Origin: the human T2T-CHM13v2.0 reference genome, Homo sapiens
Reading direction: 5' to 3' (one strand)
DNA: 64,000 nt
Assembly: GCF_009914755.1 (NCBI RefSeq)
Contig: NC_060929.1
The position numbers and the translations under genes are program-made. Below the pieces are notes generated by a model. The model was not told the DNA's origin, made no database searches, and saw only the letters and a list, made by a program, of their open reading frames with translations. Each line of letters begins with the position of its first letter. Position 1 is the first letter of the stretch. Positions 13,101-28,642 of the stretch are shown here, piece by piece.

Positions 13101-13742
13101 TACAAGGGAGGGATGGCCAATCTCCTCTCATTGGTCCTCCAGAAAGGATGTTCTATTCTGTTCCTCTATACCAGGAAGGTGTTCCCATAATTCTTGAAGT
13201 GAAGGTCATTTTAATCTAGTGGAATGGGCCGTGGAAAGTTGGACCCTTAATTGATACCTAGGGATCATAAAAAAACGGAGTTTTTACTTTTAAGGAGCAA
13301 ACTGGGGTTGCCATAAAAATCATTTTTTGTCGTATTTTCAAAAAATAACAACAAATATATTTAGAATCAGAGATTTATGAGAAAAAATGGGCTAAATTTT
13401 ATATTTTATGCTTCATATTTTACCAAATCATATTTCATTAGGCATATCCCTAAGATCAAGTCATAATGAACATTATAAAAGTGTTTTAGAATGAAAACAC
13501 ATTTTACAAGATCTGGCAAATGGCCCACTATATTTCAAGTAGTATTTGATGCATATAATCAAAAGAAAGACTATGGAGTTTCAAACGACCTTTCACCCAT
13601 GTTGGGGTTATTGTAAGTGGTCATTTAGTTTAGTGATAGAGAGCAGTAGGAGTTATGGAGGGTAAAATTCTAGGATCTTAATATACAAAATTTCTGACAA
13701 GGAGACAGTTTGATCTGTTCTACAATACGTACTTGCACATAC

Positions 13743-13884
13743 CTGCTAATATCATCCTGCTCTGCAACATCATCATATACTTCTTGGTCATCTTCAATAG
13801 GTCTTGAAGGGGCACCAAGAGAGTCTTTTTTCAGTTTCAAAGAATCATAGTCAATCTCTACAGCAGTTGTTTTAATATAGCCAT
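13743..13884 (-). CDS. FYB1: FYB1 coding exon 9 (142 nt), end of hSH3-N, YDSL and first YDDV motif
   Basis: (Y)GYIKTTAVEIDYDSLKLKKDSLGAPSRPIEDDQEVYDDVAEQDDIS(S); acceptor tggtag, donor GTATGT. Confidence 0.98.
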
Positions 13885-14389
13885 CTACCAAAAAGGGAAA
13901 TATTTATGTTCAGGCAACTGTAGTTTAAATATTTTAAAGTTGTGAATAAAATATCAATTGCACATTTGCTCTTTAAACTTTCCCCTGATTTATTTTCTTG
14001 TAGTTCTGATTTGTAGACCTCCCAAGTAGACCCAAATTTTACTGTACTCTGTCAAAGTCTAATCCTGTTGTAGTTTAATGTAAGCCTACCTTCTATTTTA
14101 AATATTCTAAAGTGATTCACATGAAGCATTTTTTCTTTTTAACATCAATGAAAAACCTAATGCTGTTCGTTCCTCCTGGAATAATATAAAACTGTACGTT
14201 GTTTCCCACAATATAGATAACAGATGAGGTGAAGACGGAACTATACCTGCCATTTAACATTTTCCTCCCTTTGTCCACTCTGTAAAGTACTCCTAACTCG
14301 ATGCCTATGACGAGTTCTGGAGGAATATGTACATTGAATATTGCCTCGCAAAGAAAATACTTCGAAGCCATAGAGAAATTTGCACTCAC

Positions 14390-14549
14390 ATGAACCCCTT
14401 GCTGTTCTGCCCAACCATTTTCCTTCTGGGTTGTCTGTGATGCGGATGATTTCAATTTGCTCTCCTTGCTTGAAGCTCAGTTCATTCTTTCCTCCTTTGA
14501 CATCACAACAAGCTTTTGCAAGATGGATGACTTGAATAGGGCCTGTTAG
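14390..14549 (-). CDS. FYB1: FYB1 coding exon 8 (160 nt), N-terminal helically extended SH3 domain
   Basis: LTGPIQVIHLAKACCDVKGGKNELSFKQGEQIEIIRITDNPEGKWLGRTARGS; acceptor ttgcag, donor GTGAGT. Confidence 0.98.
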
Positions 14550-15524
14550 CTGCAAAGAGAAAAAAATAGTCACAAAAGATTTCCTTATAATTTAGAAAAT
14601 CTTTAAGGAATGCAATTTTGAAAGATATAAGTCTACAACTTGCTAAGCTACCTATAACCAACATTTACAGGGTTTAACCAGAAATTGAGGGTGAATGTTT
14701 TTCTTATAGGAGGGGTTAGGGAAAAATCACAGGGGCCAAGCAGGACCAGCTAAGACAGGTGAACATGTGCATGGGGTCAGGAGAGTGAGGCAGGGATCTG
14801 TTGACTAGGAATTCTGCAAGAGGCCTGCAAAGGCAGCCCCCAATAACTGAACAGCGTTTATGTACAACAATCCATGCTGTGTGCTATGTATCTTTATGGA
14901 ATATGCCAGGATTCTGTTCAGAAGATGGAGTTTTTTCCCCTTTGCATTGTTTGTAAAATTGGAGCAGACATTACCTGCTATAAACAAGATAACATTTCAG
15001 AAATAAGCTTGTAAATCAAATAATAGCAAGCAAATGTTACACGAGGTTTTTCAAATTAATATTCTGAACAGTATGGTGGCTTATTGATAGAAGGATAATG
15101 ATGTTGGTTAGACTATGAATCCTAAACTCTTAATTTTCTAATCCTAAATTGGTGTCTTTTCAACAGAATTTCTTGAATCTTTTGATATGCAAATATGCAT
15201 GACGACTTTTGAAGAAGCTCTACCTTTAATTTATTGAATTTATGATGGCATTAATTATAAACATTTATCATTATCATGTACCACTAAGAAATAAAGAAAA
15301 TAATGTAAGTTAAGTTATGATATGCCATGATGCTGATGAGGCTCAGTTCTCATATTTATTTAATTTTTTTTACCTATTATCTATTATCATCTTGTGAAAG
15401 GAATATGGCTGGTGAAGTCCTAGTTTTGACAGACTTTTGAGTTCATATTTAATGGTATGATTTCCATATCCTATCTTTTCTTACTAAAAATATTATTTGA
15501 ATGAATGAGATAATGTAAAGCTGA

Positions 15525-15903
<379 letters not shown>

Positions 15904-16099
15904 TACGATATAGATTTTCATAAATTAATTGAAATTAATTTTTCACTTGAAAAATATAAAGATTGGTAGTCATGCATTCTGTATAAGTAAAATGTTCTAA
16001 TATTAATACGGTAATCATAATTTTACTTACATATAGCAAGCTTTTTCAAAATCAAATGAGAATCTTATGATACAGTGTATGCTCTGCATTATTTTAGTT

Positions 16100-16260
16100 C
16101 CATAACAAACTTTCTGGAGTAGTATCATTTATCCTTACTTAAAAGATTAAGAATCAGCGGCTCAGAGAAGTTAAGTGAGAAGCCCAAGATCACATAACTT
16201 GTATGTGCAACTGGAATTTGAATCAGTTTGTCTGGCTGACTTGATGCTATACATTTTCCT
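16100..16260. mobile_element. MIR
   Basis: ggctcagagaagttaagtga...cccaagatcaca MIR core. Confidence 0.7.
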
Positions 16261-17134
16261 TGCACCATGCATTGAACCTTTGCTTTAATGCAATAAATAT
16301 ACCGGGAAGTTATATATAAATCATTTTTAAAGAAATTTGAACCACATATTAAATGCTCCAGAGGAATAAAAATACTTAAAGAAACCATACAGTGAATTCT
16401 TTTTGAAAGAATAATTTTGTAATTCAGATAATCACCCTAAATATGTCTGACATGCCAGACCCATGCCAGATGAGCCATGTCATCAAAGATGGTGTAGCCA
16501 GGAGAAAATAGCCCCTGAGTGTAGCGTTTACTGGTGGTAGTAATGGTAGAAAACACACAATTACCAGAGATCAGAGAATACAGAGGTCAGAATCCAGACA
16601 GACAAAGAGGGATGAGAAACAGCAGTTATCAGAAGTCAGCATGTACACAGACTTAAAGGCAACAATATAACTCATGTATAGATACTAGCAATTAGAGTAG
16701 ATCATGGAAATCTTATTCTGAGACAGGTCTGGTTCACCCTGGAGGCACTTGTGTCCAATGCCCCCCTATAATACATACCACAGGGATATTTATGTGTGTG
16801 ATGCTAATTCATAGTATAAGTAGGCTAATATGAAATGCATTATGGGGAGAGACAAGATGGGTTTGAAAAGGTAAATATTCATTCACTCAATCAACATAAA
16901 ATTTCCTGGGTGTCCACTAATTATGAACCAATATATTTATTTAAATTTTATTATATTAGTTCAGGGATAAAATGGTGTATTGGACAAAAAAGTACTGTTA
17001 TGAAGATAATTACTCTTTAGAGAATAATGAATAAGTAATTCTTCAACTATGTAAGTTTTCAAGAATGGTACCCCTTTTGTGTGAAAGGTATAAAAAGATG
17101 TTATTCTTTCACTCATTAGCAAGCAAGCCCTTAC

Positions 17135-17255
17135 TTTAAATTTCTTCTTTATTTCTTGTTCTTTCTTTTCTTTCTCTTTCTGTTCCTTTTTCTCCAGCTC
17201 TAACCTCTTCTTTTCTTCCTTTTCCCTTTTCTTCTCTCTTTCTTTGGATGCTTCT
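17135..17255 (-). CDS. FYB1: FYB1 coding exon 7 (121 nt), E/K-rich helix preceding hSH3-N
   Basis: EASKEREKKREKEEKKRLELEKKEQKEKEKKEQEIKKKFK; acceptor tcacag with an upstream CCTAAC branch-like motif, donor GTAAGG. Confidence 0.96.
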
Positions 17256-18191
17256 CTGTGAGTAAAAATTGTTAGGTTGTTTTCACATCTGCAGGTGTTG
17301 ATGCGTCGGAACTCCCTACCTAGAAGTTTCTACTCACAACAGAAAAGGTGGTATCTGAAGTACAGTTGAAGGTAAAAAGCGAAAGGTTGTCAAAATCCGG
17401 AATGTGTGAGATTATTTTTAAAACCAGTAGGAGGCACACTGCTGAGGATACCTTCCAAAGGCTCTGCTTTCCCTGACAACTTGTGCCAGCAAGTGGAAGC
17501 CACCGTTTATAGAGGCCCCATTCTTGCTGTATGTTCGCATAAATAGAATCCATCTCTTTTTCTCTCTTTCATATGCACACGTGCCTGTGCATTCACAGGT
17601 ACACATATAAACCTTGGCTCTGAAACTTGAGTCAGAATTGGTTGAATAAACACTGGGTAGAGAAAATTAAGGTATCTGAGATCAACATATGATAAAGTAA
17701 GATAATATATTCATTTCTACTTTCACCCACTTTCCAAGAAATTTCGTTTCCAAGAAACTTCTTTGTTTAACATCTTTCCACTTTAGCAGCTGACACTCTG
17801 ACCTCTGGGCGTCATGATAAATTATTTTTCATAGCACCCCGTGGGTGGAGCTCTGTTCAGGTGAAGAAGGCGTAACATAAATTAACTCATCTGCCCAAGG
17901 ATACACTAAGAGTAAGAAATCAGATTTCTGTCTCTGATTCCCTGACTGTGGTTTATCTCAGAGGCATGTCTCTGGCCTCTCACACAATAGCTTTTTAACA
18001 GAGTCCTTTGTAGAATTCTTAGAGAACTAAATAATTTTGGGTCCTTTAAATTGAAATAAAAGTTATTATACGCCAGTCATTTGAACAAATCAAGCTTCCC
18101 TCCTAGTGTTGTTATATACCCACTCTCCCTCATACAAAACATTATATTCATCTTTGAAGAAAACTGTCATGGTAAAAAATGTAATTCATAC

Positions 18192-18226
18192 ATGTCTTCA
18201 TATGTTTCTCCTTCACTGTCTTGTTC
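18192..18226 (-). CDS. FYB1: FYB1 coding exon 6 (35 nt), YEDI tyrosine motif
   Basis: EQDSEGETYED(I); acceptor ttacag, donor GTATGA. Confidence 0.95.
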
Positions 18227-18767
18227 CTGTAAAGAAAAACATTGATAATGATTAATTTTTATTATTTAAAAAGTTGACACACATATTACATTGCTTAGAC
18301 TTAAAATGAAGGCAACAATGTAAATTTTTATAATTTGAACCACATATTAAATGGTCCAGAGGAATAACTACTTAAAGGAGCCATACTGTGAATTATTTTT
18401 GAAAGAATAATTCAAATACTCAGTAAAACAACTATTGTATGTAAGTTTGGCTTATTTAAAATATTTTTTTTCTCCTTAGAAATAGACTGGGAAAGCAAAA
18501 ACAAAATTTCCTTTTCTATCTTGCTATATAAATCAGACGTGTAGTCAGACTTAAGTTTGTTCAGCACTACAGCATTATAATGAGTCAGTGTGATGACTAG
18601 TGTGTAACATCTTAAGCATTTTAGATGAAATAAGATTAGAAATGGAAAAATATCATTGCTCATAAGGTTTTTCATTTGTTTGTTTTGTACCAATACGGAG
18701 TGAATCATAATACTTGTGAAATATTCTGATTATGTCAATATAATATGAGAAGAGAAAAAAATCTGAC

Positions 18768-18787
18768 CTCATCTAGATTTCCAGCAC
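18768..18787 (-). CDS. FYB1: FYB1 micro-exon 5 (20 nt)
   Basis: GT GCT GGA AAT CTA GAT GAG = (G)AGNLDE; acceptor ttttag, donor GTCAGA; fills the gap in the recalled ADAP sequence. Confidence 0.94.
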
Positions 18788-19249
18788 CTAAAAGATTAAA
18801 AAAATAAAATTTAATACATTTGTAATAAGGAAGCACTTTAATGTAAGATTATTGGATATGATATAATAATATTCAAAATAGTTCATAATCTAACAGAACT
18901 TATGCTTTATCAAAGATACAGAAATAGAAAATCAAATACGTACTTTAGATCTTTACTATGGCTTTTATTTGTGCTGGTGACTTAATTATAAAATCATTTC
19001 ATTGGCTTTCATAAAATAATGCAAAGGGCGAAAAATAATTAATACACTGTTTATTACCTTTATGAAAAGGGATGTCCATTTGGTTTTCTGGGCTTGCATG
19101 GAAAAAGGTATTAAAAAATCACTGTTTCACACCTTTTTACTTATTAGTTCCCAAGGATTTGTTTTTATGTATCAAACAAATCAAGTTAATTGGATTAAAA
19201 AAATTTAATAAGAGTTCAGTGTAATATCAAAACTAATTACTGAATATTG

Positions 19250-20440
19250 AAACAGAATCCAATATTAAGAGCAATAATATAATAATATTAATAATAAAAA
19301 CAGTGTGGTGTTGGTATAAGAACAGGCAAATAGACCAATGGAATAGAGCAGAAAATTCAGTGACATACACAAATGTACATAAACACACCCATAATATACA
19401 CATACACACACATAGAGCTGATATAATATAAAGGTAGCACTATAAATTAATGAGAAAAGGATGGATTGTTTAGAGTACAGTAAGGAGAAAACTGGCTCCA
19501 TACATGAGGCAATTCTGGATTTCTACTAACTCCTCAAAGGGGACTGCAAAGAGATCAAAGACCTAAATATATTTATGTGATAAAGTCTACAGGAAAAAAT
19601 GAGAACATTTTTATTTTCTAGGAAAAAAGACTTCTTAAATAGCATGAATTACAAGGCAAAATTAATACATTCGATTATATCAAAATTTATTTACATTCAA
19701 TGAAGGACAGCATGGGCTAAGTTAATAGACAACTGACCGAATGGGAGAAGATATTTGCAATGTTTGAAGTTGACATGACATTAATGTCTGAAATATAAAG
19801 GAACCCCTACAAGTTAACTAGAAAAATATACCACTCCCAATACAAAAAATGGTCAAAAGGTAGAAACTGGCAACTTACAGAAGAAGAAACCACAAAGGCT
19901 TATAAGCAAATAAAGTGCTCAAACTCAAGAGTAAGCAGAGATATAGAAATTAAAAGGAGATATAATTTGATTCACATAAGAAAAAAATGGAAAGCTGAAT
20001 AACAGGACCGATTGATGAGAGTGTAGATAGATGCATCTCTTCTGGAGAGCATGCCTGTCATACTCGGTCAACCTAAGTATTCCACAGCTCTTAGCAACCA
20101 TTCCACTTCAGGGTATATATCTTAAGGATAAGTCTCTGAGAGGTCCGCATGGGGATGAATACAAGAAGGTGTATTGCATTGTTGTTTGTGGTACCAGTGA
20201 GTTTGAGGCAAGTGAAATGTGGATGCATACCATGGAGTACAGTGCAGTCGTTAACAGTAACAGGCTAAACACACACATGGTGATATGAATGGGCCCCAAA
20301 ACCACATTATGCTGATTGTACAAAAAGACGAGAGAAACCTATAACATACTCTTTCTGTGAACTAAATACATGCATACATGTCACAATATGTGAAGAATTT
20401 GTGCAAACACACATACACATTAAATATGTTAGAATATTTG
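19250..20440 (+). mobile_element. Old L1 (L1M) fragment
   Basis: Degenerate L1 ORF2 3' motifs: aaaacagtgtggtgttggtataagaacagg...atagaccaatggaatagag; atgggagaagatatttgcaa. Confidence 0.75.
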
Positions 20441-20629
20441 TCTGTAGTAAGGAAGGAGGAGAAAGGAAGTGAGTCATGAGGATAAGAGGGAATAAACAAA
20501 TAAAACGAGAGGGGCCTTGCACAGACCAGTGATGATAATGACCCATTAATGAGCCTATAAGAATGAATAGCTCAAACTTCTGTACCTGAGTTTACAAATA
20601 AATAAATAAAATATGTTTTTGTCGTTTAC

Positions 20630-20676
20630 CATCAGAGTGCGTGACACCATCTTGATTGTCTTCATTGACAGGGCTT
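20630..20676 (-). CDS. FYB1: FYB1 coding exon 4 (47 nt)
   Basis: (K)SPVNEDNQDGVTHSD(G); acceptor tttcag, donor GTAAAC; completes the AA|A codon from exon 3. Confidence 0.96.
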
Positions 20677-21042
20677 CTGAAAACGAGAAAGAAGAAACAG
20701 TGAACATGGAACAAGTAGATGCTCACCTTACAATGAAAAAGGGAAAAGGATTATTTCATGAATTGTTCTTTTTTCTTGAACCTTTGCTCTGATTTAAAGC
20801 TTCAGACATCACTAGCATAGGCTTTAGCCTTATACTTCTGCTGCTCCTGTGGCAGAAAATGGAGAATTGGGAAACTGGAGTATAGCACCATCTATTCATA
20901 GTAGACTCATACAATTAATCCGTTGCTTCTGGAGGGTAATATGTTTCCCATTATATTAGTAGTAAATCAACACTTCAATTCTGGGATTATGAGGGCATTT
21001 AATTGGTTCTATGGTACACACACAAAAGAGAATTAGTTCTAG

Positions 21043-21567
<525 letters not shown>

Positions 21568-21599
21568 TTACAAATCCCTAATTATGTATATGACCATTT

Positions 21600-23140
21600 A
21601 TATTTTCTATTCCTATTCTCAGTTAATTAACATAGCTGGAGAAAATGGCCGTCAATTTTACTGACTCTGGACATTACAAACAATTGGTATTAAATCTCAG
21701 CTGTATCCCCCCTGCTTTTCTACAATCCCATCACTCTTTTTTGTGTAGTCAGCCTTCTCTTGCGTTGTCCTTCTCCATACCTATTAAAAATGTTTACCAC
21801 TTTCTTCAATGTGTGATTCCTCTCCACTCCCCTATAATCAGATGACCTTGTTTCTTCTTTCACTGATGAAGCAGCAGTCATTAGGTGTGAGCTCTCTTAA
21901 GAAAATACATTTTCTTAACCCACAAACTCATCTGCAGTTATACTCATCCTTACCTTCTCTCTACTCTCTGCACCTGTATTCTGAATTTGATCTGAATTCT
22001 CAGTAATTTTCTGAGAATCCATTGATTACCCCCTTTCTTCCATGTGTTGCTTTATTACTTATATTCTCCTTACTTCACTCTTTGCCCTTAAATCTCTCAT
22101 TCTTTGTTTTCTCCCTCAGCCCAAGTTACTGCCATTCATAAGAAACAAACACTTCACTTTACCTCTGTGAATTCTTCACATTACCACAAGATATTCTTCC
22201 TTTATCCAGCCAAGCTAAGAAAAAATTGTCTTTATTCACTGACTCTACTTCCTCTTCTCTCACGCATTTCTTTCCCGACTGCAATCTTTCCCCTATTGCC
22301 ACTTCTTCCCTGAGAGTATTCTTAAAAATACTAGCTACCAAATCCACTGGACCCTCTCAAACTGCATCTCACTTGATTGCTTTGTGGCCCTGGACAGTAT
22401 TGGCCATTTTGCCCTCTTTGAGTCTCCTTTGTTTGTTTCCATGAGAAATAGCTCCTGGCTCGCTTCTTGTCTCTCTGGCTACTACCTCACAATTTTCTTT
22501 GTGGTTTATTTTCTTTTGCCTTCTCTTAAATGATGATGTTCTGTTGTGTTCTGGTCTTGGTTCTCTTCTTCTTTTTTCACTTTGCAGTTTTTCCTAAATG
22601 GTTTTATGTACCTCCATAGCTTTATATATGATCTTAATGTTGGCAAATTCCATGTTGAAATCTCTAGCCCAGCCTTCTCTTCTGAGATTCCGATTCAAAT
22701 ATATACATCTTGGGTGTCCTACAGCCAGTTCTGTATTATCATCTCAGAAACTGAGGTTCCCTCCTTTTAGCCCAGCCTAAACCTGCTCTCCCTACTAGGT
22801 TTCTTTTCTTGGTGGATGGCACCACAATTCACATATCTATCAAGCAGCAACTCATCCTTTGTTTGTCACTCATCTTCAGTTCCATGTCAAATCAATCATC
22901 AAATTACACCAGTTCCCCATACTAATTTACTTCCCTCTTCCATTTCTCGTCTCTCCCGCTAGACACAAAAATAGGATTATATTATCTCTGGAGTGGACTG
23001 TTGCAGTAGTCATCTGGTCAGTGTCCTGGTAATCAGAATTACTCCTTCTCTTCCCTATCCTGATAGTCCCTTCTCCAACTTTTGCCATCTTTCTAACACA
23101 AAAATATGATTATATCACTCTCATGTCCCATAGTCAAACT
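21600..23140 (+). mobile_element. L2 fragments (approximate bounds)
   Basis: Pyrimidine-rich degenerate sequence with L2-type motifs (tggatggcaccacaattcac, tatgattatatcactctc). Confidence 0.6.
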
Positions 23141-24041
23141 CCTTAAAGAGTTAGGAAAGAATATTACTTGAACAAGAGATGCTGGTTGTAAAATGTGTGT
23201 TTCACCACATTTGAAGAATGTGGGCTGGAAGTGACTTTTTATCACTAAAACCATAAAATGGGCTCAGTGGATACATTTGTAACTCAGGAAGAACTGTCAT
23301 GGATATCTGTCTCAGTCTCTACTTGAGATGGTAAATATAGGTAGGGACTAACTGTTAATCTAATAAACTCACTTTAAAAAAATAGAAAATTAAAAATTTA
23401 ACTTATATATGCTTAGCTTTCTATTTGGGTAAGTGTAAAGGCCCTGTTAATTAACTCATTAAATTTGTCATGACAAGACACTTGTTTTCTTTAGTGAGTC
23501 TTTTTCATCCTTGGAACATTCAGAATTAAATACAGACATGATGGAATAAGCCAAACTCATAGTAAAAACAATTTGTGGAGTAAGTTTTATAACCATTGGG
23601 ATAATGTATGTACAGTCAATTTTTTAAGTATCTGTAATATTTAAGAGATTTGTTACATTAGAAAATATTCAGTTAGACTTGTCACATCAATTTAAAATTT
23701 GTGGTGTAGACTTTCTAAATTTTAGCTGAAACATTAAGGAGTCTGGGTATTGAGTGTCAATGGCTGCTCACATCAAAAAAGGAGAGTCAAGTGAACATTA
23801 TTAGTTCCCGATAAAAGAATACACCAAAAAATAAAAGAACTACATTTGATCCAGCCACCTCTACCTCTCACTCTCAATGTATAGGAAATACAGAGGAGAC
23901 AGGGACATATAGCTATATTATAGAGAGCAATCAGCAAAATCTAGATGATGGGGAACTATAGTATCCACAAACAACTTGATATCCTCAACAAATAAATTGC
24001 AAAGAATTAAAAAAAGACATGGAGAGTGAACTTATATCTTA

Positions 24042-24411
<370 letters not shown>

Positions 24412-25394
24412 TCAAACAACTTAAAACACATATATGTTGTAAGAGATAATTGGAAATTTGAACACTGACTTGGTATTTTATATTAATGCACAGAATCTAT
24501 TTTTTTAGGAATAACTACTGAAATATTTATAGATGAAATTATATGATGTTTTGTATTAGTTTCAAAATAATATAAGAGGCAAGTGGGTGAGGGTATAGAT
24601 AAGACAAGATTGGCCATGAGTTTATAGTTGTCGAAGTTGGTGAAAGGAACGTGGAGGCTCGTTATACTATTCTTCCTGCCTTTTATATGCTTAACATTTT
24701 TTACAATAAATATACTTCTTAAAAAGCATAAGAAAAATCTAATTGCAAATGCTATTGGATATTTAAGGGAACTGGATATGGTTCAATTTAATAGATTTAT
24801 GAGAGTCATTTAAATTCTTGAGAGGATTTTGCTTAGTGGGGTGATTAAGTGTGTTCATTCAGATATTTGGAATGTTTAAAAATGAAATTAAATATGTTAA
24901 TATATACACGCAATATGAAACATCGCAAGAAGTTTCATTAACCACATTTATAAACAGAACTATTGATTTGAAAGAATTTAGTTTGAGCCATGTGAGTTGT
25001 CCAATCATTAATCAAAGATCCCCTGAAAATAATTCTAATTTAAATACAAATTACTAGATGTATAAATAAAATAACAAGTCACATAATATAAATTTAAGTA
25101 CTTAAAGGAAAATAGGCCTTTGCATTACTAATTTTGATGAATTGAATATTAATTAAAAAGATGAAAATACCTAAGACATTAAAATACACTGACATTGTAC
25201 AGAGTAAAATCCATAGCTCTTTTTATGGCATACAAGGTTCTTATGATCAATCTTGCCCTGTAAAGCTTTATTTCTCATATTTCCTTTTCTTACATTATCT
25301 TCTCACATATTAACAGTAAACTCACATGCTGTCTGAACTCTCTCTGGTTTCTTGTTCCTTCATGCTCAGCCCACGCTTCCCTTCTTTGGAATAA

Positions 25395-25749
<355 letters not shown>

Positions 25750-26985
25750 TCCATTCTTTAAGCCTCTCCTTAAACAGTCCTTCCTTTGTGAAGTTGTCCC
25801 TGATTTCCTTAAGCCTAATCATTGCATTGCTTCTCTGCATCATCCATCCATTCATCCATTATAGTGATTATTCTGTATTCCTTCGTAATTATGGGGTAAT
25901 TGCTTCAGGTTTCTCTTTTCACTACCAGGCCATAAACACCTTAAGGAAAGGGATTGTCACTTTGCTAGTTAATTTATTATTATGATTATCCTTTTAGAGA
26001 GTTATTAGAATAATTCCTGTCATGATAGGCTTTTGATTTTTTTGATGAATTAACAATATTCCAGTAACAACAAGAGACTAACTTTTATTACTAAAGCAAA
26101 TTATCATTGGTGAAAAGGATGTTAAATCAAAAAGACCACCAGATTTAAGCAATTTACTTCCTAAAACACCTGTATGAATAACAAATACTTCTAAAAGGAA
26201 GGGTATTTGCATAGCACATTCATACACGTGTGTCTGCACATTTATGCAAAGCATTTATTACTTGTAGACAATGTTTGCCTGCACACATTTGTTTTATTTA
26301 TGGACCCAAAATTATAGCATATGAATCTTAGTGCCACTTTATATAGGCCTGAATTTATAATATGTATATTATTAATATTCAATAAATATGAAATAGTGAC
26401 TATAATAGCAATGATGGTGAAGAATAAAAGGAAAAGAAATGAGGAAAATAAATAGGTGCAGGTGCCATGAGTAAATCCAGATCAAACTGTCAGCAAATTC
26501 GCTAAGGGTTCCAAGCATTGAGAAAAGCCCCATACAGAGAGTAAGAGAAAAACAATGGAACCAGTCACAGCCCAAGTCATAAGAAACTGAGCAGAAGGAG
26601 GGGGTGAATGAGAAGAAAAAGAAGCTTATCAGTTATGATAATAGGTCTATTCAATAAGGCCTCTCACTATAGATCTTTGTTTTTATGCTATAGCATGTAG
26701 AATTAAATAGGAAAAGTAAAGTTAATGACTGTCATTTTTAGAAAGCTTATTAGTGCTTTATTTCCTGATGTATAAAGATGTAAAACTGTTGACCTCTATA
26801 CTTTTCTTTTCTTTTTTTTTTGGAGACAGGATCTTACTCTGTCCCCCAGGCTGGAGTGTAGTGGAGAGATCATGGCTCACTGCAGGCTGGACCTCTCAGG
26901 CTCGGGGATCCTCCTACCACAGCCTCCCAAGTAGCTGAGACGACAGGCACGTGTTACCATGCCCAGCTAAACTTTTGTACATATG

Positions 26986-26987
<2 letters not shown>

Positions 26988-27029
<42 letters not shown>

Positions 27030-27040
27030 TGTGTGTGTGT
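26988..27040 (+). repeat. (TG)n microsatellite
   Basis: About 26 TG units. Confidence 0.95.
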
Positions 27041-27240
27041 ATTTAAATTTAAAATACAATATAACTTTGGCCTCAACTACTTTATTTTCAAAGTTATTTA
27101 GGATTGCTGATTCTCACCTGTCTCGAATCTTTTATGCTATTAAGACATCCAGACTTGAATGATATGATTGCAAGTTACTTCTGGGAACAGCTTTAGGAGT
27201 AGGCAGAACAGACTGCAGATGATAAAGTCCACCTTGTCTT

Positions 27241-27519
27241 TTTTTTTTTTTTTTTTCTTTTTTTGAGACGGAGTCTTGCTCTGTCGCCCAGGCTCACTGC
27301 AAGCTCCGCCTCCCAGGTTCACGCCATTCTCCTGCCTCAGCCTCCCGAGTAGCTGGGACTGCAGGCGCCCGCCACCACGCCCGGCTAATTTTTTGTATTT
27401 TTAGTAGAGACGGGGTTTCACCGTGTTAGTCAGGATGGTCTCAATCTCCTGACCTTGTGATCTGCTCTCCTCGGCCTCCCAAGGTGCTGGGATTACAGGC
27501 GTGAGCCACCGCGCCCGGC
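27241..27519 (-). mobile_element. AluY with a 25-bp internal deletion
   Basis: CpG-rich AluY; 16-bp TSD aagtccacc(t/c)tgtctt at 27225-27240 and 27520-27535; the junction cgcccaggct|cactgcaagc lacks ggagtgcagtggcgcgatctcggct. Confidence 0.95.
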
Positions 27520-27630
27520 AAGTCCACCCTGTCTTCTAAAATTCCTTCCTTGATCCCAATTAGAGATTCCACTCTACACCCTAGGGAGAATTGTAAACCT
27601 TAGGGAAGCCATTGCTCCCCGCTGCTCTAA

Positions 27631-27885
<255 letters not shown>

Positions 27886-27902
27886 TAGCTTTTAATTATC
27901 AG

Positions 27903-27948
<46 letters not shown>

Positions 27949-28642
27949 AGGAGGAAGAAATCTACATGACACATTAAACTTTGTTCTATACCTGCCTTAC
28001 TGGGAGTAAAATCTTGCGGCCTTTTCTCTGGAACATGTCTTCCTATATTTAACCCACGAGGAATTTGAAAACTGACTTGTTTAAGCCAACACTTTCCAAC
28101 TAGTGTGAGAGAAGACTATCTGGCAGCTGGCTACTGATACGGCAAGTCTCAAGTTTCAGAACATTTTAAGCATCTCTAATTAATGAAAAGGTTATAATGG
28201 TAAATTCTTACTTTTCCTCCAATTTTACAGACAAAAAATAAAACACACACATAAACAGAAACCAAAAAACCCTTTAAACTAACTATGAATGACTTCAGGG
28301 TAAGAACTGTTGAACCTTCCCTTTTCTAACCTTAGTCACTTCCCATTATTTACTATTTTTTATTACATCACTTTTCCTGTCTCATTACTATTAATAACCA
28401 TGTAATTTGTTTGATATGCCAAAACACAACCATTGATTCTGTTTCAATATGAAAAATTATGATGTTAAAATTATAATTTAAAAAGGTACCAAGAAATGTA
28501 TTACACTAAAAGGTGTTGATTTGAACATTAAAAATGATAAACATGCTCTTTTGACCCATTTCATTTTCTCTTCAAATGCCTGAGTAAAAATAGCAGAAAA
28601 TGTAACAAACTGATTTCTGACCACTAGGTGGGGAAACAATAC

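Noticed and set aside
12925-13131. Ser/Leu/Phe-rich 68-aa ORF
   Set aside because: Product of a GA-rich low-complexity tract.
14117-14573. ORFs extending beyond exon 8 (110 and 112 aa)
   Set aside because: Read-through into intron or an alternate frame; the true exon is 14390-14549 by splice sites and phase.
18185-18195. Possible U12-type intron at the exon 6 donor (AT|GTATGA)
   Set aside because: Lacks the GTATCCTT consensus; ordinary U2 donor.
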